Shown one piece after another: positions 61,002 through 64,000 of a stretch of 64,000 nt of DNA. The stretch covers positions 1 to 64,000 of the forward strand of contig JBHLLU010000006.1 of the NCBI GenBank assembly GCA_048938895.1, given 5' to 3'. Every line of letters begins with the position of its first letter. Position 1 is the first letter of the stretch. The translations under genes were made by a program, and so were the position numbers. The notes below the pieces were generated by a model. It did no database searches. It saw nothing but the letters and a program-made list of their open reading frames with translations, and had not been told where the DNA came from. Origin of the DNA: Promethearchaeota archaeon. GTDB taxonomy: Archaea; Asgardarchaeota; Lokiarchaeia; Sigyniarchaeales; SOKP01.

Positions 61002-64000
61002 ATGGGTGTAATACTAAAGATCTCGTTACGTAATATGAAAAGACGTAAACTCCGTTATATTCTAACCACACTTACCCTTGTTATTAGTGTTGCGCTATTT
61101 GGGGGAGTTATGATCGTTTCTGATTCATTTAATGAGATGATGTTAGAGACATTTGATAAACAAATGGGTACGGCCGATATTCTCATTAAACCAGCAAATA
61201 GTACAAACGGTTGGTTCAATCCTATTGAAATTAATAATGAGATAGAAGATATAAAACATGTTGAATCTATAGCTTATAGAATAGTAGGATTTAATGTTTA
61301 TGTCAGTGCTACAGATAGTGGAAATCAGGTTGATAATAGTACTAGAACTATGATAAATGGTATCGATCCCCAAGATTCAGATGAACGAGCACTAGGATCA
61401 GAACCATTTATTCTAGATTCTGTTATCGATGGCAAAATCGTTGAAGATCTTCTTGATTATGTGGATCCGATTAATAATAATAGTGTAATAGTGATTTCAG
61501 AATCATTAAAAATCAAATTAGGTAAGGACTTTAAGGCAGGTGATAGTGTATGGATTCTTCCGGTTAATGGAACATTGCTAGGATATAATCCAATGGATAC
61601 AGGAACATGGCAAGAATATACTGTTACCGCAATAATTCGTGATATAGGAGAGGCGCGTGATTTTGATCCTGAAAATCCTTCAGAATCTTCAATGTTTGCA
61701 GAAGGACCGGGGATTTATGCGAGTATTAATAACACACGACGGATGGTTGATGGTACAGGGGAACATACTGATGAATTCAATTTAGCTGTTGTAGGTGTTG
61801 ATAATATATATAGCGTATCATCTGTTACAGAAGAAATAACTAGTAGATTAGCGGCTCTTAATGATGAGAGAGATTGGAGAGTCAATGACCTAAAATCAGA
61901 TAGTTTAGAGATGATAGAAACGTCAATGAGTACAATGCGTACGATGTTTATGATGTTTGGAGTTATAGCATTAACATTATCGGTCATATTGATGATGAAT
62001 ATCTTTAACATTATTAAAAAGGAACAAGAATATGAAACAGGCATGTTTCAAGCGATAGGTGCATCAAAATCCGAAACTTTCAAGATGTTCTTGACGCAAG
62101 GAGTAGTGATGGGAATTGTCGGTGCATTAATAGGCACAGCATTTTCTTACCTTATATCTTATGTGATATTTTCAGTTACCTTAGAAACAATTCAAAGTAT
62201 TGCTTCTCAAATGGGTGGATTCACGATTTCAGATTTTACAATTGTTGTTTATCCAACTACATTGATAACTACCTTTGTAATAGGTCTAATTGCGTGTATT
62301 GTAGCCTCGCTATATCCTAGTTGGAAAGCAAGTAGGAAACCCATCATTGAATGTTTAAATCCTATTGAAGAAAAATCTAAAAGAGAAAAAAAACATTATA
62401 TAAGAAGATTAGTTTTCTTTATTTTAGGAGGCTTACTTTTAGTTGGTGGATTAATACTCACTTATTCAGGCACTGAGAGTACAACCCAAATCCAAACAGG
62501 TGCAGGACCACCTCAGGGAATGATTTTGTCTATGTTTGCTCCCATTTTAGTTTTATTTGGGATTATCTGGTTATTAGCGCTTAGTATAAAGCCTTTTAAT
62601 AGAACTTTTGTATATTTGTTTTCCCCATATCTGCGAAAAACAAGGTTATTAACTGAAAAAAATATCTTAAGACATCGGCGAAGGACAACTCTTACCTTCA
62701 CAATGATTGCAATTACAACGAGTTTTCTTATTGGTATGAGCGTAATGATGGATTCTATGAGAGCAGGAATTCATACTACTGTAAATGACTTCATGGGTGC
62801 AGATATTAGAGTATTTACTTATAATACACCAAGATCATTTGAAGTAGGACTTCTCAACCAAACTGGAGTTGATGATGTTATGGGTGTGAGTCATCAAAAT
62901 GCCCAAATTCATATAGAAGGTGAGTGGATAGGTCATAGCCTACTTGAAAGTGAATTTAATACCTCTATTACTGCTAATGTGTTGGAAACAGACAAAATTA
63001 AGGAACATATGAAGAAAACTCAGATAATTTCCCCGTCGTCAATGAGCCTGAATGAAATGATGAATGAAATCGCAAGTGGAAATAAAATTATAATTGATGA
63101 AAATTTTGCTAAAGATTATGACGTAGATATTGGTGAAATTATACCAGTAAAATTTACACTTGGGACAACATTTGCTAATCTAACTGCAATGCTTGATCAA
63201 GATACTACGAATGCTCAAGAAGATACCTTAGTAGTTAATATGACAGTTGTCGCAGTAGTACGATCTATTCAAGGTTTTTCTACTGTGGATATAATGGGCT
63301 TTTTAAGTGAAGGAAAAACGTATAATGTGTTTATATCATGGGAAACTTATGAAAATATAGCTAATAAAAATTTACCTGGTGGTGGTACTGATTTAGCTTT
63401 TAGACAATTAACTCAAACCGGTAATCCAATGTTAGATATAGTTCTACCCAATTGGTTTAACTTTTCTACTATTGAAACAATTCTTAATAGCATTACAGGT
63501 ATTGAATATTATACAACCAGAATGGATTATTATAGTCCAACAGCTTTTAATGGAATTCCCATAGATTATATGAGTTCAATTACCGGAATTCATATTAATT
63601 CAAGTGGAAGACTAAGATCTGATTCTTATTTCGGTAATAACAGTGTTATGGCTCAAAAAGTGGGATATTCAGGAGAAACTATGGAAGAACTTCTTAATAC
63701 AGCTCAAAGGGTATGTGTTGTTGATGAAATTTTTATGATGCTCAATCCTTCTATTGCAATTGGAGATAACATTTCAATTTTTCCACAACAATTTGTACCT
63801 ACTATAATTGATGCAAGTGAATTTATTTCAACAATTATACCATATTTAGCTAATTTTACATCAATTTCTGGCAGTACAGGAAATTTAACACTATCTGATG
63901 ATGTTTACTTATCAGTTGAAAGTAATCAACAATGGCTTGCTTTTAATATAACAACAAGTCTATTACCAACAAATTTTTATAAGGCTATTAGTGTCACTAT
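61002..64000 (+). CDS. large FtsX/MacB-like ABC permease, 3'-truncated (not in the ORF track)
   Basis: ATG 61002: MGVILKISLRNMKRRKLRYILTTLTLVISVAL...EQEYETGMFQAIGASK...LYPSWKAS..KNILRHRRRTTLT; no stop seen before the window end. Confidence 0.85.
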   Translation, partial: MGVILKISLRNMKRRKLRYILTTLTLVISVALFGGVMIVSDSFNEMMLETFDKQMGTADILIKPANSTNGWFNPIEINNEIEDIKHVESIAYRIVGFNVYVSATDSGNQVDNSTRTMINGIDPQDSDERALGSEPFILDSVIDGKIVEDLLDYVDPINNNSVIVISESLKIKLGKDFKAGDSVWILPVNGTLLGYNPMDTGTWQEYTVTAIIRDIGEARDFDPENPSESSMFAEGPGIYASINNTRRMVDGTGEHTDEFNLAVVGVDNIYSVSSVTEEITSRLAALNDERDWRVNDLKSDSLEMIETSMSTMRTMFMMFGVIALTLSVILMMNIFNIIKKEQEYETGMFQAIGASKSETFKMFLTQGVVMGIVGALIGTAFSYLISYVIFSVTLETIQSIASQMGGFTISDFTIVVYPTTLITTFVIGLIACIVASLYPSWKASRKPIIECLNPIEEKSKREKKHYIRRLVFFILGGLLLVGGLILTYSGTESTTQIQTGAGPPQGMILSMFAPILVLFGIIWLLALSIKPFNRTFVYLFSPYLRKTRLLTEKNILRHRRRTTLTFTMIAITTSFLIGMSVMMDSMRAGIHTTVNDFMGADIRVFTYNTPRSFEVGLLNQTGVDDVMGVSHQNAQIHIEGEWIGHSLLESEFNTSITANVLETDKIKEHMKKTQIISPSSMSLNEMMNEIASGNKIIIDENFAKDYDVDIGEIIPVKFTLGTTFANLTAMLDQDTTNAQEDTLVVNMTVVAVVRSIQGFSTVDIMGFLSEGKTYNVFISWETYENIANKNLPGGGTDLAFRQLTQTGNPMLDIVLPNWFNFSTIETILNSITGIEYYTTRMDYYSPTAFNGIPIDYMSSITGIHINSSGRLRSDSYFGNNSVMAQKVGYSGETMEELLNTAQRVCVVDEIFMMLNPSIAIGDNISIFPQQFVPTIIDASEFISTIIPYLANFTSISGSTGNLTLSDDVYLSVESNQQWLAFNITTSLLPTNFYKAISVT

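Noticed and set aside
61143-62701. Minus-strand ORFs 61143-61373, 61715-62044 and 62513-62701
   Set aside because: Antisense to the long FtsX-like permease frame.
1-64000. rRNA, tRNA, CRISPR arrays, IS elements or integrases
   Set aside because: No GC-rich structural RNA, repeat-spacer array or transposase/integrase motif was recognised by eye; a covariance-model scan was not run.

Overview
AT-rich archaeal chromosome segment that looks like an Asgard archaeon (Lokiarchaeia-like). That call is inferred from gene content: roadblock, longin and V4R proteins, Rab-like and longin-fused small GTPases, a ubiquitin-fold protein, a TPR-longin gene and a PGF/Loki-CTERM surface protein. The window holds a complete trpDCFBAEG operon, a tryptophanase-like lyase, a HypD-like glycyl radical enzyme, CoA-activase/DUF2229 genes, a tandem-PlsC acyltransferase, two sterol-reductase-like enzymes, ABC/MFS transporters and regulators. 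No rRNA, tRNA, CRISPR array or transposase was recognised. Top finding: an unannotated 17-codon leader ORF with 4 Trp codons (MSTVKIFSWRWQCWWRV, 28405-28352, minus strand). It has its own TATA box and RBS, competing hairpins and a multi-branched RNA structure directly ahead of trpD, so it is a candidate ribosome-sensed Trp attenuator in an Asgard archaeon. Second: an LRR-RHH fusion gene with a coupled 57-aa upstream ORF and twin ATGTAC-N7-GTACAT operators. All protein calls come from motif recognition by eye, not database searches.
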